NCBI GenBank assembly: GCA_016432465.1
Contig: CP066690.1
Span: 317,538 to 381,537, forward strand
DNA: 64,000 nucleotides
Direction of reading: 5' to 3'
From: Candidatus Sungiibacteriota bacterium
GTDB lineage: Bacteria; Patescibacteriota; Minisyncoccia; Sungbacterales; HO2-52-23
Shown here: positions 1 through 10,665 of the stretch, piece by piece
Numbering within the stretch: position 1 is the first letter of the stretch
How the letters are laid out: each line of letters starts with the position of its first letter
Notes under the pieces: model-generated
The model's input: only the letters and a program-made list of their open reading frames with translations
Database searches by the model: none
What the model was told of the DNA's origin: nothing
Position numbers and translations under genes: made by a program

Positions 1-268
1 CCTTCTTACTCATCACTCCTCCTTGCCCAGCCTTATTTGGCTGGGACTTGTTGAGTTGAGGTTTCTCGTCTTGCTCGCCTTAGCCGCAGAAAACGTTTTG
101 GTGTTTGATTTTATTTATCCTTTAAACACCTCCCTTTTAGATTCAAAGACCATACCTGAATCCAAAATACTACCGATTCAGGCGCTTATCCTAATATATA
201 GTTTAGCAAAAAAAAGCGGCCTTGTCAAGAGCCCATGGGCTCGTTGAACAAGGCCTAATTTATTTTCG

Positions 269-835
269 CTACTGCAAGCTCTCGGGAACCTCGGCCGAAG
301 AAACTACTTTTGAAGAAACAAGTACCCCTTCAGTGATTTCTTCTGCTTCAATTTTCAGAAAAACAGGCATTCTTTGCTCAATCCTTACAAAAACAGGGAC
401 AAACTCTGACGTCTTGCTACAGAAATCCAGGGCAACGTAGGTCGGATTCCCCTTGTCTCCACGCTTCCAACAGGAGAAACCAAAGGGTTTCTCCTCTCCC
501 TCACGCGCCAGCATCATGTCTAACCGGCCACGTTGGGGATCTCGGTTGTCCATTTTTCTCCTGAACACCAGGCGCCGCAAAAGTTTACTTTCCTCGGTGA
601 AACGCGGTACGAAAATGAGTCTTCCACCCACATCCGGTCCTATTTCGTAAGCAGGATGGTAGTAGCGCGCCACCCTATCATCGTGATAATCCATGGGTGG
701 GATTGACGCCGGGACCGAAACTAGGGGATTCGGCTGTGGGACCACGTCTTTGGGAAAGGTTGTTTCCAGCGCTACCTTAAGGTCGGGGCCAAAAATCTCT
801 CCTGGGAACTTAAGCCAGATCAGTTTGGGTGGCAT
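269..835 (-). CDS. hypothetical protein
   Basis: 188-aa ORF directly downstream of 846..1652 on the same strand; no recognisable motif. Confidence 0.6.
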   Translation of the reverse strand: MPPKLIWLKFPGEIFGPDLKVALETTFPKDVVPQPNPLVSVPASIPPMDYHDDRVARYYHPAYEIGPDVGGRLIFVPRFTEESKLLRRLVFRRKMDNRDPQRGRLDMMLAREGEEKPFGFSCWKRGDKGNPTYVALDFCSKTSEFVPVFVRIEQRMPVFLKIEAEEITEGVLVSSKVVSSAEVPESLQ

Positions 836-845
836 CGGACGGCCC

Positions 846-1652
846 CTACTTCCTTCGTTCCCGTGTTGCCATCAAATGCAAACCGCGCATGGCCACAACA
901 AGCTGAAGAGAGTTAATGCGGTCAGTGATGTACAGAATAGAACCATTCATAATAGTAACCAACCTGCGCAAAAACTTATCAATCAGATGCGAATACTTTG
1001 CACCTATCTTCTCACACTCCTCCATCAGGATCTGGCAGATAGTCAGTGCCCGACGACTCATAGCCAGAAGTTCATCACATCTATCCGGATTATCTTCCCA
1101 CTTCTCTTGGGCAAGATAGGTCCTAAGACCCTTACTAATCTCGCCCACAGCTTCAACCAAAGCCATAACCCACGATCCGGTCAACTCCTCGCAACCAAAC
1201 GTATCTTGTGGACGCTCCCCCAACTTAATAGCCATAATTGACGCCAAAGAGGGCTTGTAGCTGCCAAAAAAAATGTATCCAGCTGCCTGCTCATAAATCA
1301 ACGCTTCGATCGCCTCTTTAAGTGCCCGAAATCTAATAGCCGAAGAACGACCCAGTCTACGCAATCTAAAAATCCTTGCACAGTTGGTGATCAACCCTTC
1401 ATGGACAGTTTGAACATCATCCCTACCTGCCCCGGAATTACAAAACTGGATAAGTTGCTTTGCCAAAGACCTGATAACATTGTCGAGTTCGTAAGCCAAC
1501 TCTATCTGTTGCTTTTGGCTAGAAAAAACATCCTCGGCACGAACTCCAAAGTAAGCTAAGTCTTCTTGCAAGGCAATTATTATATCTTCAAGGCTGATTT
1601 CTTCACCTTCTAGTTCGGGCGCACCAACACCCTTCATTTGATCCATTGACAT
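846..1652 (-). CDS. translin/Trax-like helical protein (divergent)
   Basis: ALKEAIEAL and ALVEAVGEISK resemble translin motifs ALQEYVEA and GLADAVGELRR; strong GGAGG RBS. Confidence 0.5.
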   Translation of the reverse strand: MSMDQMKGVGAPELEGEEISLEDIIIALQEDLAYFGVRAEDVFSSQKQQIELAYELDNVIRSLAKQLIQFCNSGAGRDDVQTVHEGLITNCARIFRLRRLGRSSAIRFRALKEAIEALIYEQAAGYIFFGSYKPSLASIMAIKLGERPQDTFGCEELTGSWVMALVEAVGEISKGLRTYLAQEKWEDNPDRCDELLAMSRRALTICQILMEECEKIGAKYSHLIDKFLRRLVTIMNGSILYITDRINSLQLVVAMRGLHLMATRERRK

Positions 1653-1872
1653 TACCTACCTCCTCTTTCTATAGAGGTTTCGCCTCTATAGTCCACGGTG
1701 GTTGAGCCGCAGTTTCAAAGAACTGCTGAAAAGACGCAAACTAGCCCTTAAAAAGGCGGTGTTTATGGCCTTTCAGCAATACCCTTTTTCTATAATACCA
1801 TAATACGTGAACTTAAGTCAAGTTGACAGTATTGAAGAAAATTAGTATACTTCAAAGTAAGGAGGGTTCCTA

Positions 1873-2910
1873 ATGAACCTTGAAAAGGGTGAACCTAACA
1901 CACCCGATAAAGATAAACCGCCCAATATTACGGCCCAAGCGGTCCTCTACCACCCCACGGCTCCAACTACCATATGGATGATACATGACTTAGGAGATCG
2001 GGAACTTTCATGTAATCCGGAAATTCTTGAATTTTACGGCCACACCCGAAAACCGCCCGGCCTTGCCAATCCCGGCGGCGGACTGGAAAGAGGAGAAACC
2101 GTAATACAGGGAATCCGTCGCGAGATACAAGGAGAAACCGGATTTTTGGATTTTGAAATCGTGCCACTTGATTCCACCCGGCTTGACCTTTTGCGATACA
2201 GACATAAAGGCGGACACCAAGTTTTAATGCTGGAGGCGCATCTACGCTCTCTTCAACAGGGCAAAATACTTGAGCCGGAAGAAACAGATGGCGGCTGGTG
2301 GTTTGACCTTGCTGAGTCTCTGATTAGTCAGCTGATGGAATGTCCGGAAAAATTTAGTAAGGACCTATTCTATTGGTCGCATATTCGCAGATTACTGCTG
2401 GCCGTGAGCCAGCGTGATAGGCAACTTCGTTACGACGGATCTGCTGGGGCCTGTATCGGTCATCTTGTGCATCCTTCGGGGCGATTGGTTTTCCAGGTGG
2501 GCGTAGGTGATACGCGTTTTCCCAAGGCAGGGTTTAGAATTCCGTCGCAAACCAAAAAACCCAAAAAAGATTGGTATGATTTTCTGCGCTGGCTTATAGA
2601 AAATAAAATTGTAGACCCCGACCCTGATGTTGTATACCAATTTTTCACGGAAGATATCATCATGGCCAAAAATGCTGAAGAGTTAATAGAGGGAACTGCC
2701 GCTTCCATAGAACTTAAACTAAAAAGTGTGGAGGAAACAAATCCCGAGAAAGGCACAAAAGAAGAGACTGATGCTGGCGACAACGAAGAAGAGCCTGACA
2801 TCTTGCGGTGGCAGGACGCAATTATAGAGGCTCGGGACTTTGCTAGAACTTGTGCGGAAGAGGACGAGCGGTGGAAAAAATGGGCAGAAGCAAATGCCCG
2901 ATCCGACTAA
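1873..2910 (+). CDS. NUDIX-domain protein with long C-terminal extension
   Basis: PGGGLERGETVIQGIRREIQGETG (Nudix box with one E replaced by G); AAGGAGG RBS. Confidence 0.7.
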   Translation: MNLEKGEPNTPDKDKPPNITAQAVLYHPTAPTTIWMIHDLGDRELSCNPEILEFYGHTRKPPGLANPGGGLERGETVIQGIRREIQGETGFLDFEIVPLDSTRLDLLRYRHKGGHQVLMLEAHLRSLQQGKILEPEETDGGWWFDLAESLISQLMECPEKFSKDLFYWSHIRRLLLAVSQRDRQLRYDGSAGACIGHLVHPSGRLVFQVGVGDTRFPKAGFRIPSQTKKPKKDWYDFLRWLIENKIVDPDPDVVYQFFTEDIIMAKNAEELIEGTAASIELKLKSVEETNPEKGTKEETDAGDNEEEPDILRWQDAIIEARDFARTCAEEDERWKKWAEANARSD

Positions 2911-3022
2911 CCGACCCCGGGGCCTTTCCTGTGAAGGGCCCCAACGTCTTGACCCAAAACCTACGGGCACTATAATGCCCGTAGGTTGCTCCAAGTCTCA
3001 AAGGAGCAAGGAGGAAAAACGC

Positions 3023-3895
3023 ATGAAACGAACGACCGTTCTGGTTGCGACACTCCTGCTTGTTTTGGTGTTTGGAACTTCTTCGGCCTTGGCCAGCGTA
3101 GACATTGGCGGATCTCCCGGTATCTCTGGTAATCCTGAATTTTGTAATCGTGATCTTTCTACTTATAGCTACGAGGCGTGTCTGGCTTCCCTTGCCACCA
3201 ATATGGGGCATGAACTAAAGGCGCTGAGGAAGCAAGTGGCAAGGGAAAAAGGAAAACTGGCTAGAGCGCAAAGACGGTATAAGGCTGAAGTGACAAAGAA
3301 CCATGAACTTGTCAAAAGCGTGGCTAACCTAGAGGAAATGCTTAATACAGCCAAAGCTAAGCTCGCCACCGCCAAAACTCAACTTGGCAACGAGAAAGTA
3401 ACAAATACTTCGCTGCGCGGAAAACTAGATACGGCCGCCAAAACAAACAGCGGTCTATACAGCGAGAATACACAGTTGAGGATTTTTGCCGGTTTCCTAA
3501 TTTTGGTGGGCTTTGTTGTAGGGGGATTCTTTGCCGTTAAAGGACTCGGAGTGCGAAAGGCCGGCATGGGATCCGGAGAAAAGCCCCAAACCGAGAGACC
3601 AGCGTGGGACCTAAACCCCGCACCCCCTGCTACCGAGACTCATACGAACGTAATTAGATATCAGGGACTGGAAATATCTATTGAAAACAAAACTATAGTA
3701 GTAAGGGGTAGTAACCCGGACGCGGTGTTAAAGGTTGGCTTTGCTTGTCCGGAATGCCCCAAACATGGCCTTACGGCCGTAGGGGCTGGCAAATGGCGTG
3801 AGCATATAGCAAAATCGCACCAGGAACTTCTGGCCACACCTGCGCCGGCACCAACCACGGCACGAACCCTGATAGGAGTTCAGGACACAGCATAA
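3023..3895 (+). CDS. signal peptide, coiled coil, TM helix and C-terminal CxxC/His zinc-finger-like protein
   Basis: MKRTTVLVATLLL signal after GGAGG RBS; heptad region; TM; CPEC...HIAKSH. Confidence 0.65.
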   Translation: MKRTTVLVATLLLVLVFGTSSALASVDIGGSPGISGNPEFCNRDLSTYSYEACLASLATNMGHELKALRKQVAREKGKLARAQRRYKAEVTKNHELVKSVANLEEMLNTAKAKLATAKTQLGNEKVTNTSLRGKLDTAAKTNSGLYSENTQLRIFAGFLILVGFVVGGFFAVKGLGVRKAGMGSGEKPQTERPAWDLNPAPPATETHTNVIRYQGLEISIENKTIVVRGSNPDAVLKVGFACPECPKHGLTAVGAGKWREHIAKSHQELLATPAPAPTTARTLIGVQDTA

Positions 3896-3916
3896 AAAAA
3901 CTTCAATCTACAGTAA

Positions 3917-4073
3917 TCCCTTCGGTCTGCGCGGACGGCTCCTGATAAACTTGGGAGACCGGAAGCAAAGGCGTCCCGACTGGTCGGGGTCTGTGACGCA
4001 GAGAGGCTCCGGCCAACCGGAGAACTCAAAGCAACACAGTTCCTCGCGTCAGCGGGGAAGGGAAAGAAACAGT
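3917..4073. ncRNA. candidate structured ncRNA (6S-like rod)
   Basis: TCCCTTC/GAAGGGA closing stem plus internal CCGGA/TCCGG and GCGTC/GACGC stems in an intergenic gap. Confidence 0.35.
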
Positions 4074-4121
4074 GGCGCCCCAAGCGCCACTTTATGATTA
4101 CCATTACCTTATATACCAAAA

Positions 4122-5276
4122 TCAGTTTGGAACAGGGGGAGTTTCGTTTTTTTCTTCCTTCAACACCCCAAGAGACATCCTGTGTTCTTGAGGATCAATC
4201 AATAAAATCTTAAACTGGTATTCTTTACCAAGTTCCAGCTCCGATCTCATTTTTATTTCTGTGCCAAACTCGGATATGTGAACTAAACCCTGAATTCCTG
4301 ACTCCAGCTGGGCAAAAGACCCAAAGGGGTTAAATTTGGTTACGCGGGCGCGAACCAAATCTCCTTTTTTATACTTTTCAGCTATTTTCACCCAAGGATC
4401 TTCTTTAAGCTGTTTTAAAGAAAGCGATACTTTATCCCCCTGAATGTCAATAATTTTTGCGCTGACCCTCTCCCCGAGTTTCAAAAACTCGCGCGGGTCT
4501 TCAACCAAAGACCAGTCAATTTCCGATACGTGAATCAGGCCCTCAAGTCCGGCCCCTTCGTCAAACCGCATAAACGCACCGAAGTCAACAACCCCCGTTA
4601 TTTCTCCTTCAACCACGTCTCCGATTTTATACTTAGCCAGGGCCGAACGCGTCCCTTCCAGGTCGCGACCGCGCTCGGTGAAAATTAACTTGTCTTCCGC
4701 CGGACTCAAATCAAGTATTTTTACCGTAAGCTTCTGGCCCACCAACTTTTGCAGTTCCTGAAAGATCCTCTCTTTGTCTCCGCCTTCTACCCGGGGGTAA
4801 TTTTTTGCGGAAAGCTGGGAGGCGGGAAGAAACCCCTTTACGCCGCGGGCCTCAAGTATGAGTCCTCCCTTATTGGCTTCCTGAACAGGCAGTTCTAAAA
4901 CCTCTCCCTGCTCCAGCATTTTTTTAAGATCGCTCCAGTTCTTCTCTGTCCCAGCCTCCTTCAGAGAAAGCTCAACATAGCCGTCTTCATTATCCGGATC
5001 AACTACTTTGACGCTTACTATATCGCCGGGTTTTAAATTTTTTATAATATCCTGCGCCGCATAATACTCGCGTCCGTACACAATGCCGCTACCCTGAAAA
5101 CCAATATCAATAAATAATCTGTTAGTCCGCCTTTCAATCACCGCCCCTTCTATAATATCGCCAGCCTTAAAAAGCCTGCTCCCCCCCACGGTTTTCAAAA
5201 GTAATTCCATGGGGTGTTTGCCGTGTAAAGACGTATCGGCGCTGGTTTTGTTATTATTTCCAGTTATCTCTACCAT
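4122..5276 (-). CDS. rpsA: 30S ribosomal protein S1 (four S1 domains)
   Basis: repeated S1 motifs (GVVDFGAFMRF, EGLIHVSEI, FGSFAQL..GLVHISE); start uncertain. Confidence 0.85.
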   Translation of the reverse strand: MVEITGNNNKTSADTSLHGKHPMELLLKTVGGSRLFKAGDIIEGAVIERRTNRLFIDIGFQGSGIVYGREYYAAQDIIKNLKPGDIVSVKVVDPDNEDGYVELSLKEAGTEKNWSDLKKMLEQGEVLELPVQEANKGGLILEARGVKGFLPASQLSAKNYPRVEGGDKERIFQELQKLVGQKLTVKILDLSPAEDKLIFTERGRDLEGTRSALAKYKIGDVVEGEITGVVDFGAFMRFDEGAGLEGLIHVSEIDWSLVEDPREFLKLGERVSAKIIDIQGDKVSLSLKQLKEDPWVKIAEKYKKGDLVRARVTKFNPFGSFAQLESGIQGLVHISEFGTEIKMRSELELGKEYQFKILLIDPQEHRMSLGVLKEEKNETPPVPN

Positions 5277-5354
5277 CTTGGTGAGTATACGGGATAAAAC
5301 TTTACCTAGCAAGAGACGCTTCTCTGGCAGAAAAAATTATGCTACACTTAAAGA

Positions 5355-5999
5355 ATGGTTATCACTTGGCTGGGACACTCGTGTTTTAAAATCCAATCAG
5401 GAGAATTTGTTATTGTTACTGATCCCTTTTCTAAAGACATAGGCCTTACCCCGCCCCGTTTCCGGGCGGATATTGTCCTCTCCACCCACGGACATTATGA
5501 TCACTCCAACACCGAAGCCCTTACGGGGGATCCTTTTATTATCAGCGGACCGGGCGAATACGAAGCAAGGGGTGTATACATCCACGGCTTGACAACATTT
5601 CACGATAAAAATCAAGGTAAGGAGCGCGGCACCAACACGATTTATAAAATTTTGGTTGAGGGCATAAACTTGGTGCACTTGGGCGACTTTGGAGAAAAAG
5701 AGTTAAGAAGCACCACCCTTGAAGAAATTGGCGACGCCGATATCCTCATAGTGCCGGTAGGCGGAAAATACACCATAGACGCGGAGGAAGCGGCCAAGGC
5801 GGTAAAACAAATAGAGCCTAAACTGGTAATACCCATGCATTACAAAATTCCGGGCCTGAAAATTACACTTGAAGGCGTGGACGCTTTTTTAAAAGAGCTG
5901 GGTGCGGGAAAAATAGAAGCGCAGGAAAAGCTGGTAATCAAAAAGAAGGACCTGGGTGAGGGGGAAAAAACCAAAGTAGTTTTAATGAAGCCGGCCTGA
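5355..5999 (+). CDS. MBL-fold metallo-hydrolase
   Basis: TWLGHSCF, THGHYDH, HLGD, IPMHY motifs. Confidence 0.9.
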   Translation: MVITWLGHSCFKIQSGEFVIVTDPFSKDIGLTPPRFRADIVLSTHGHYDHSNTEALTGDPFIISGPGEYEARGVYIHGLTTFHDKNQGKERGTNTIYKILVEGINLVHLGDFGEKELRSTTLEEIGDADILIVPVGGKYTIDAEEAAKAVKQIEPKLVIPMHYKIPGLKITLEGVDAFLKELGAGKIEAQEKLVIKKKDLGEGEKTKVVLMKPA

Positions 6000-6045
6000 C
6001 CAAAACCAGCCTCCGGAAAACGCGGGTCTCACAAATCCCTAAAAA

Positions 6046-6429
6046 ATGAAACCGCTTATTAAGTTTTTAGATGCGATACGGCGCCTTCCGGAAGAAGTAA
6101 GACGCGCCCTGGCCATAACCAGCACTGTGGCTGCAGCGCTCATAATTTTTTGGGCGTGGCGCGCAGCCGTAGTATCGCGCCTGGAAAGACCCGAAGAATT
6201 TAGAATGGTTAGGGAAACACCGATTTCTACAGAAAAAAATGTTTCATCAGAACCCGATGTCCTCGCACCCTCTGCCGGACTCGTAGAAACATTTCAGTCT
6301 CTAGAAAAATTTATTGTGCCTAAGCAGGGGACCGACCAGAAAAGCATGGGGTCAAAAAGAAACATTCTTGCTAGTATCAGCAGCGGACTAGAAAAAGCGT
6401 GGAGGTATGTTTATGATCCGCTAAAATAA
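6046..6429 (+). CDS. hypothetical single-TM protein
   Basis: 127-aa ORF abutting the gyrA start; one hydrophobic helix. Confidence 0.6.
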   Translation: MKPLIKFLDAIRRLPEEVRRALAITSTVAAALIIFWAWRAAVVSRLERPEEFRMVRETPISTEKNVSSEPDVLAPSAGLVETFQSLEKFIVPKQGTDQKSMGSKRNILASISSGLEKAWRYVYDPLK

Positions 6430-9400
6430 ATGAACATAGGCAGAATTCAACAAAGAGAAATAGTGGAGGAGATGCGCGAGTCGTACCTTGACTACGCCAT
6501 GTCGGTCATTGTTGCTCGCGCGCTTCCCGACGTAAGAGACGGCCTGAAACCAGTGCACCGCCGGATTTTGTATTCAATGCATGAACTTGGCCTGACGCAT
6601 TCAGCAAAAACAAGAAAATGCGCAACGATTATCGGAGACGTATTGGGTAAATACCATCCTCATGGCGACGTGGCGGTTTATGATGCGCTGGTGCGCATGG
6701 CGCAAGAATTTTCACTTCGTTATCCCCTCGTTGAGGGGCAGGGAAATTTTGGTTGTTTCACGCAAGATACAAAAGTAAAACTCACCGATGGGCGGGATCT
6801 TTCATTCGGAGAGTTGGCGGAGGAACTCAAGACCGGAAAAAAGAATTATACATACACCGTGAACAGTCTTGGGCTTGTTGGTCTCGCGGAAATAAAACAT
6901 CCGCGTCTTACGAAAAAGAAGGCCCGTGTTATCACCGTTGTTTTAGATAACGGAGAAACAATACGCTGTACGCCCGATCACCGATTTATGATGCGAGATG
7001 GAACATATAAAGAAGCCGGGTCCCTTACGGAACATGACTCGTTGATGCCGCTCTACCAAAAACTATCAACGAAAACAGACAGACTGCAACGGGAAGGATA
7101 CCTATTGGTGTACCAGCCCAAAAAAGACGAATGGGTTCCGGCTCACCACTTGGCTGACAACTATAATCTGACGCGCCATATCTACCAAAAAAATGCCGGC
7201 CGCGTACGGCATCATGTGGACTTTAACAAACTCAACAATAACCCGGACAATGTCAAAAGGCTTGGCTGGGGCGAACATTGGAAAATCCACTATACACATG
7301 CGGCAAAACAACACCAAAAACCGGAATATCGGGAAAAAATCGCGTACGGGCGACGGATGTATTGGGCGGACGAGAAAAACAAAGAACACCACCGAAGCTT
7401 ACTTGCGGAGCGAAATCGCGTTAACTGGCAAAATCCCGAGTACCGAGAACGAATGAAGACATTCCTAAGTCAAGTCAACACCGAATATGTCAAGAAGCAT
7501 CCGGAAAAGAGGAACGAGTTTAGCGAGCGGGCAACACGAACGCTCAAACGCCTGTGGCAAGATCCAGAGTACCGGGCGACGATGCATCAAAAAATCATCA
7601 AAGGGAACAAAAATCATGTCAGCAACAAAACAGGAAAGCTAAAATTTTTAAACATTTGTAAAGAAACACTGAATCGTTTTCAGATACTTGAAGAAAAAGT
7701 ATATGAGCAAGCGCGTAAAGAGGTATATCCATATGGACGGGCGCCTTTATGGAAAACCGGATTGCAAAAATACTTTGCCGGAGATTCAAACCTTGTTCAT
7801 CAGGAATTGTTTAAAAATCACCGAGTTATAAGGATTGAGGACAAAAATGAGTACGAAGACGTTTTTGATCTAACCGTTGACGGAACTCATAATTTTGCGT
7901 TAGCAGCAGGTGTTTTTGTACATAATTCAATTGATGGGGACGCCGCCGCACACTATCGCTATACCGAAGCCCGCATGACCAGAATTGCCGAAGAGCTCCT
8001 GCGCGACATTGAAAAAAATACAGTTGAATTTCGCGACAACTACGATGCCACCCGTAAAGAACCCGTAGTACTTCCTGCGGCTCTTCCCGCTCTCCTGCTT
8101 AACGGAACTCTGGGAATAGCGGTGGGAATGGCAACCAGTATTCCTCCGCATAATCTTGGCGAGGTAACTGCGGCCCTGATCCACTTTAGCGACCACCCCA
8201 AGGCCTCGCTGGAGGATCTAATGGAGTTTATCAAGGGGCCGGACTTCCCCACCGGAGGAATAATTTTTGACGAAAAAGAAATCCGCGCCTCTTACGCATC
8301 GGGCAAGGGGGCCATTTTAAATCGTGGTGTGGCCGAGATTGAAGAGGGCGGCCGCGGAGCGCACCAAATTGTAATCACGGAGATTCCGTATCAGGTAAAC
8401 AAGGCCGAACTAATAGAAACCATGGCCGGTCTCGTGCAGGAAAAGAAAATTGAGGGCATACGAGATATTCGTGACGAATCCGACCGGCAAGGCATGCGCA
8501 TAGTGATTGAACTTAAACAAGATGCGCATCCGCAGAAGGTTTTAAACAATCTTTACCGGCACACTGACCTTGAAAAAACGTTTCACCTAAACATGCTTGC
8601 TTTGGTGGATGGGATTCAGCCGCAGGTACTCTCCATAAAAGAGGTGCTGGAAGAATTTCTGAAGCACCGAAACCAAGTAGTAACCCGCCGCACCAAGTTT
8701 GACCTGACCCGAACCCGCGAGCGCCTGCATATTTTAGAAGGACTGAAAAAGGCGCTGGACCACATTGACCGCGTAATTGAAACTATTAAAAAATCCAGAG
8801 ACCGCGATGAAGCGCGTGAAAATTTAATGAAGAAATTTGCCCTAACGGAGCTGCAGGCCGCCGCAATTCTAGAGATGAAACTGCAGACGCTGGCCGGTCT
8901 TGAACGACAAAAAATAGAGGATGAACTCAAAGAAAAGACGGCACTGGCCAAAAATCTTGAGGCCCTGCTGAAAGATCCTAAGAAAATCACAGATGTTATA
9001 AAAAGGGAATTGCACGAAGTAAGGGAAAAATACGGAGACGAGCGAAAAACTAAAGTCATAAAAACATCCCCCAAAGAACTTTCCGAGGAAGATTTGATTC
9101 CCGCAGAAGAGGTAGTGGTGGTGCTGACTCGCGGCGGTTACATAAAACGGATAAAACCGGAACAATACAAAATGCAGAAGCGCGGCGGTAAGGGGCTTAT
9201 CGGGATGGAGACCAAAGAGGAAGACATGGTGGAACATTTGCTAACCTGCAATACTCACTCCAACCTTCTTTTCTTCACCAGTTCCGGAAAGATTTATCAG
9301 GTTCGGACCTACGAAATTCCGGAAGGAAGTCGTATCTCCAAAGGCAAGGCAATCTTTAACTTTTTGGCGCTTTCCAGCAATGAGCAGATAAACTCCCTTC

Positions 9401-10041
9401 TGGCCACTGCCGGAGCGAAAAAGGGAGAACGCGAGGGTTACATAGTAATGGTGACCAAAGACGGCGTCATCAAAAAGGTTACAGCTTCGGCTTTTGAGAA
9501 CGTCCGCCGCTCAGGACTAATTGCTCTAACCCTAAGGGGCGGCGATCTGCTGCGTTGGGCCAAACTAACGAGCGGCTCTGACGAACTTATACTGGTTACC
9601 AAAAAGGGACAGTCCATAAGATTTGCAGAAAAAGATGTGCGTCCCATGGGACGACAAGCCAGCGGTGTTCGGGCCGTACGTCTGAAAAAAGGTGATGAGG
9701 TGGTGGGTATGGACGTAATCAATAAGGAACAAGTAGCCAACGGTAAATTGCTGGTCATAATGGAGAACGGATTTGGCAAACACACGTTAGTTAAACAATA
9801 CAAAAGGCAACGCAGGGGCGGATCAGGCATAAAAACTGCCAAAATTACTTCCAAAACAGGAAATGTTGTCGGGGCGCGTATCGTGGACAAGGAAGAAACG
9901 GAACTAATCACTATATCCAAAAAAGGTCAGGTTATCCACACTACCCTTGCGGCCATACCCGTGCTCGGCCGCGCCACCCAAGGAGTAAGAATTATGAAAT
10001 TGGAAACAGGAGACGCGGTGGCTTCTATTACTGCGCTGTAA
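6430..10041 (+). CDS. gyrA: DNA gyrase subunit A, intein-containing
   Basis: [23 protein letters not shown], catalytic RYTEAR, GyrA box QKRGGKG, pinwheel repeats. Confidence 0.97.
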   Translation: MNIGRIQQREIVEEMRESYLDYAMSVIVARALPDVRDGLKPVHRRILYSMHELGLTHSAKTRKCATIIGDVLGKYHPHGDVAVYDALVRMAQEFSLRYPLVEGQGNFGCFTQDTKVKLTDGRDLSFGELAEELKTGKKNYTYTVNSLGLVGLAEIKHPRLTKKKARVITVVLDNGETIRCTPDHRFMMRDGTYKEAGSLTEHDSLMPLYQKLSTKTDRLQREGYLLVYQPKKDEWVPAHHLADNYNLTRHIYQKNAGRVRHHVDFNKLNNNPDNVKRLGWGEHWKIHYTHAAKQHQKPEYREKIAYGRRMYWADEKNKEHHRSLLAERNRVNWQNPEYRERMKTFLSQVNTEYVKKHPEKRNEFSERATRTLKRLWQDPEYRATMHQKIIKGNKNHVSNKTGKLKFLNICKETLNRFQILEEKVYEQARKEVYPYGRAPLWKTGLQKYFAGDSNLVHQELFKNHRVIRIEDKNEYEDVFDLTVDGTHNFALAAGVFVHNSIDGDAAAHYRYTEARMTRIAEELLRDIEKNTVEFRDNYDATRKEPVVLPAALPALLLNGTLGIAVGMATSIPPHNLGEVTAALIHFSDHPKASLEDLMEFIKGPDFPTGGIIFDEKEIRASYASGKGAILNRGVAEIEEGGRGAHQIVITEIPYQVNKAELIETMAGLVQEKKIEGIRDIRDESDRQGMRIVIELKQDAHPQKVLNNLYRHTDLEKTFHLNMLALVDGIQPQVLSIKEVLEEFLKHRNQVVTRRTKFDLTRTRERLHILEGLKKALDHIDRVIETIKKSRDRDEARENLMKKFALTELQAAAILEMKLQTLAGLERQKIEDELKEKTALAKNLEALLKDPKKITDVIKRELHEVREKYGDERKTKVIKTSPKELSEEDLIPAEEVVVVLTRGGYIKRIKPEQYKMQKRGGKGLIGMETKEEDMVEHLLTCNTHSNLLFFTSSGKIYQVRTYEIPEGSRISKGKAIFNFLALSSNEQINSLLATAGAKKGEREGYIVMVTKDGVIKKVTASAFENVRRSGLIALTLRGGDLLRWAKLTSGSDELILVTKKGQSIRFAEKDVRPMGRQASGVRAVRLKKGDEVVGMDVINKEQVANGKLLVIMENGFGKHTLVKQYKRQRRGGSGIKTAKITSKTGNVVGARIVDKEETELITISKKGQVIHTTLAAIPVLGRATQGVRIMKLETGDAVASITAL
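6754..7926 (+). mobile_element. intein (391 aa) with HNH-type homing endonuclease region
   Basis: begins CFTQDTKV after QGNFG; block B CTPDHRF; ends [21 protein letters not shown] before Ser; internal [10 protein letters not shown]. Confidence 0.93.
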
Positions 10042-10087
10042 TAAACCTCATTGTGCCCCTGCTCGTTGCTATAGTAAAATAAAGACA

Positions 10088-10663
10088 GTGGCTGCAGAAC
10101 AACCATCGGCTCTAAAAAATACCGGTACGACCAGCGGATTTCTTGATCCCGAACATATTGTCCGGTATTTTAACTTGCAAAAAGGAGACCACGTGGCGGA
10201 TTTTGGGGCCGGACACGGATATTTCACTATCCCTCTGGCCCGGACCGTAGGAGGAGACGGTAAGGTTTATGCTCTGGATATTCAGAAATCGGTTTTGGAC
10301 ATAGTGCGCGCCAAGGCTAAAATTGAAAACTTATTAAATATAGAACCGGTATGGGCAAATCTGGACGAGACGGGTGGATCAAAATTAAAGGATAAGTTCA
10401 TTGATTTTGTGCTGATCGCCAGTATTATTTTTCAAGCGGAAAAAAAAGAAAACTTGTTTTTGGAGGCTTACCGGATTCTACGCGATGGCGGGCGATTGGC
10501 GGTGATTGAGTGGGAAGAAACGCCAGTCGGAACATTTGGTCCGCCGTCCGAATTTCGGATAAAAAAGGAGTTAGTAAAACAATGGTCAAAGACGGCGGGG
10601 TTTTCGTTTGAACTGGAATTTGAAACGGGGTCGCACCACTACGGCTTAATGTTCAAAAAGTAG
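10088..10663 (+). CDS. class I SAM-dependent methyltransferase
   Basis: VADFGAGHG motif I; YRILRDGG. Confidence 0.85.
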   Translation: MAAEQPSALKNTGTTSGFLDPEHIVRYFNLQKGDHVADFGAGHGYFTIPLARTVGGDGKVYALDIQKSVLDIVRAKAKIENLLNIEPVWANLDETGGSKLKDKFIDFVLIASIIFQAEKKENLFLEAYRILRDGGRLAVIEWEETPVGTFGPPSEFRIKKELVKQWSKTAGFSFELEFETGSHHYGLMFKK

Positions 10664-10665
10664 TT

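Noticed and set aside
3935-4030. c-di-GMP-I riboswitch, SRP RNA or hammerhead
   Set aside because: Only partial word matches; the conserved cores are absent and there is no downstream gene in the sense orientation.
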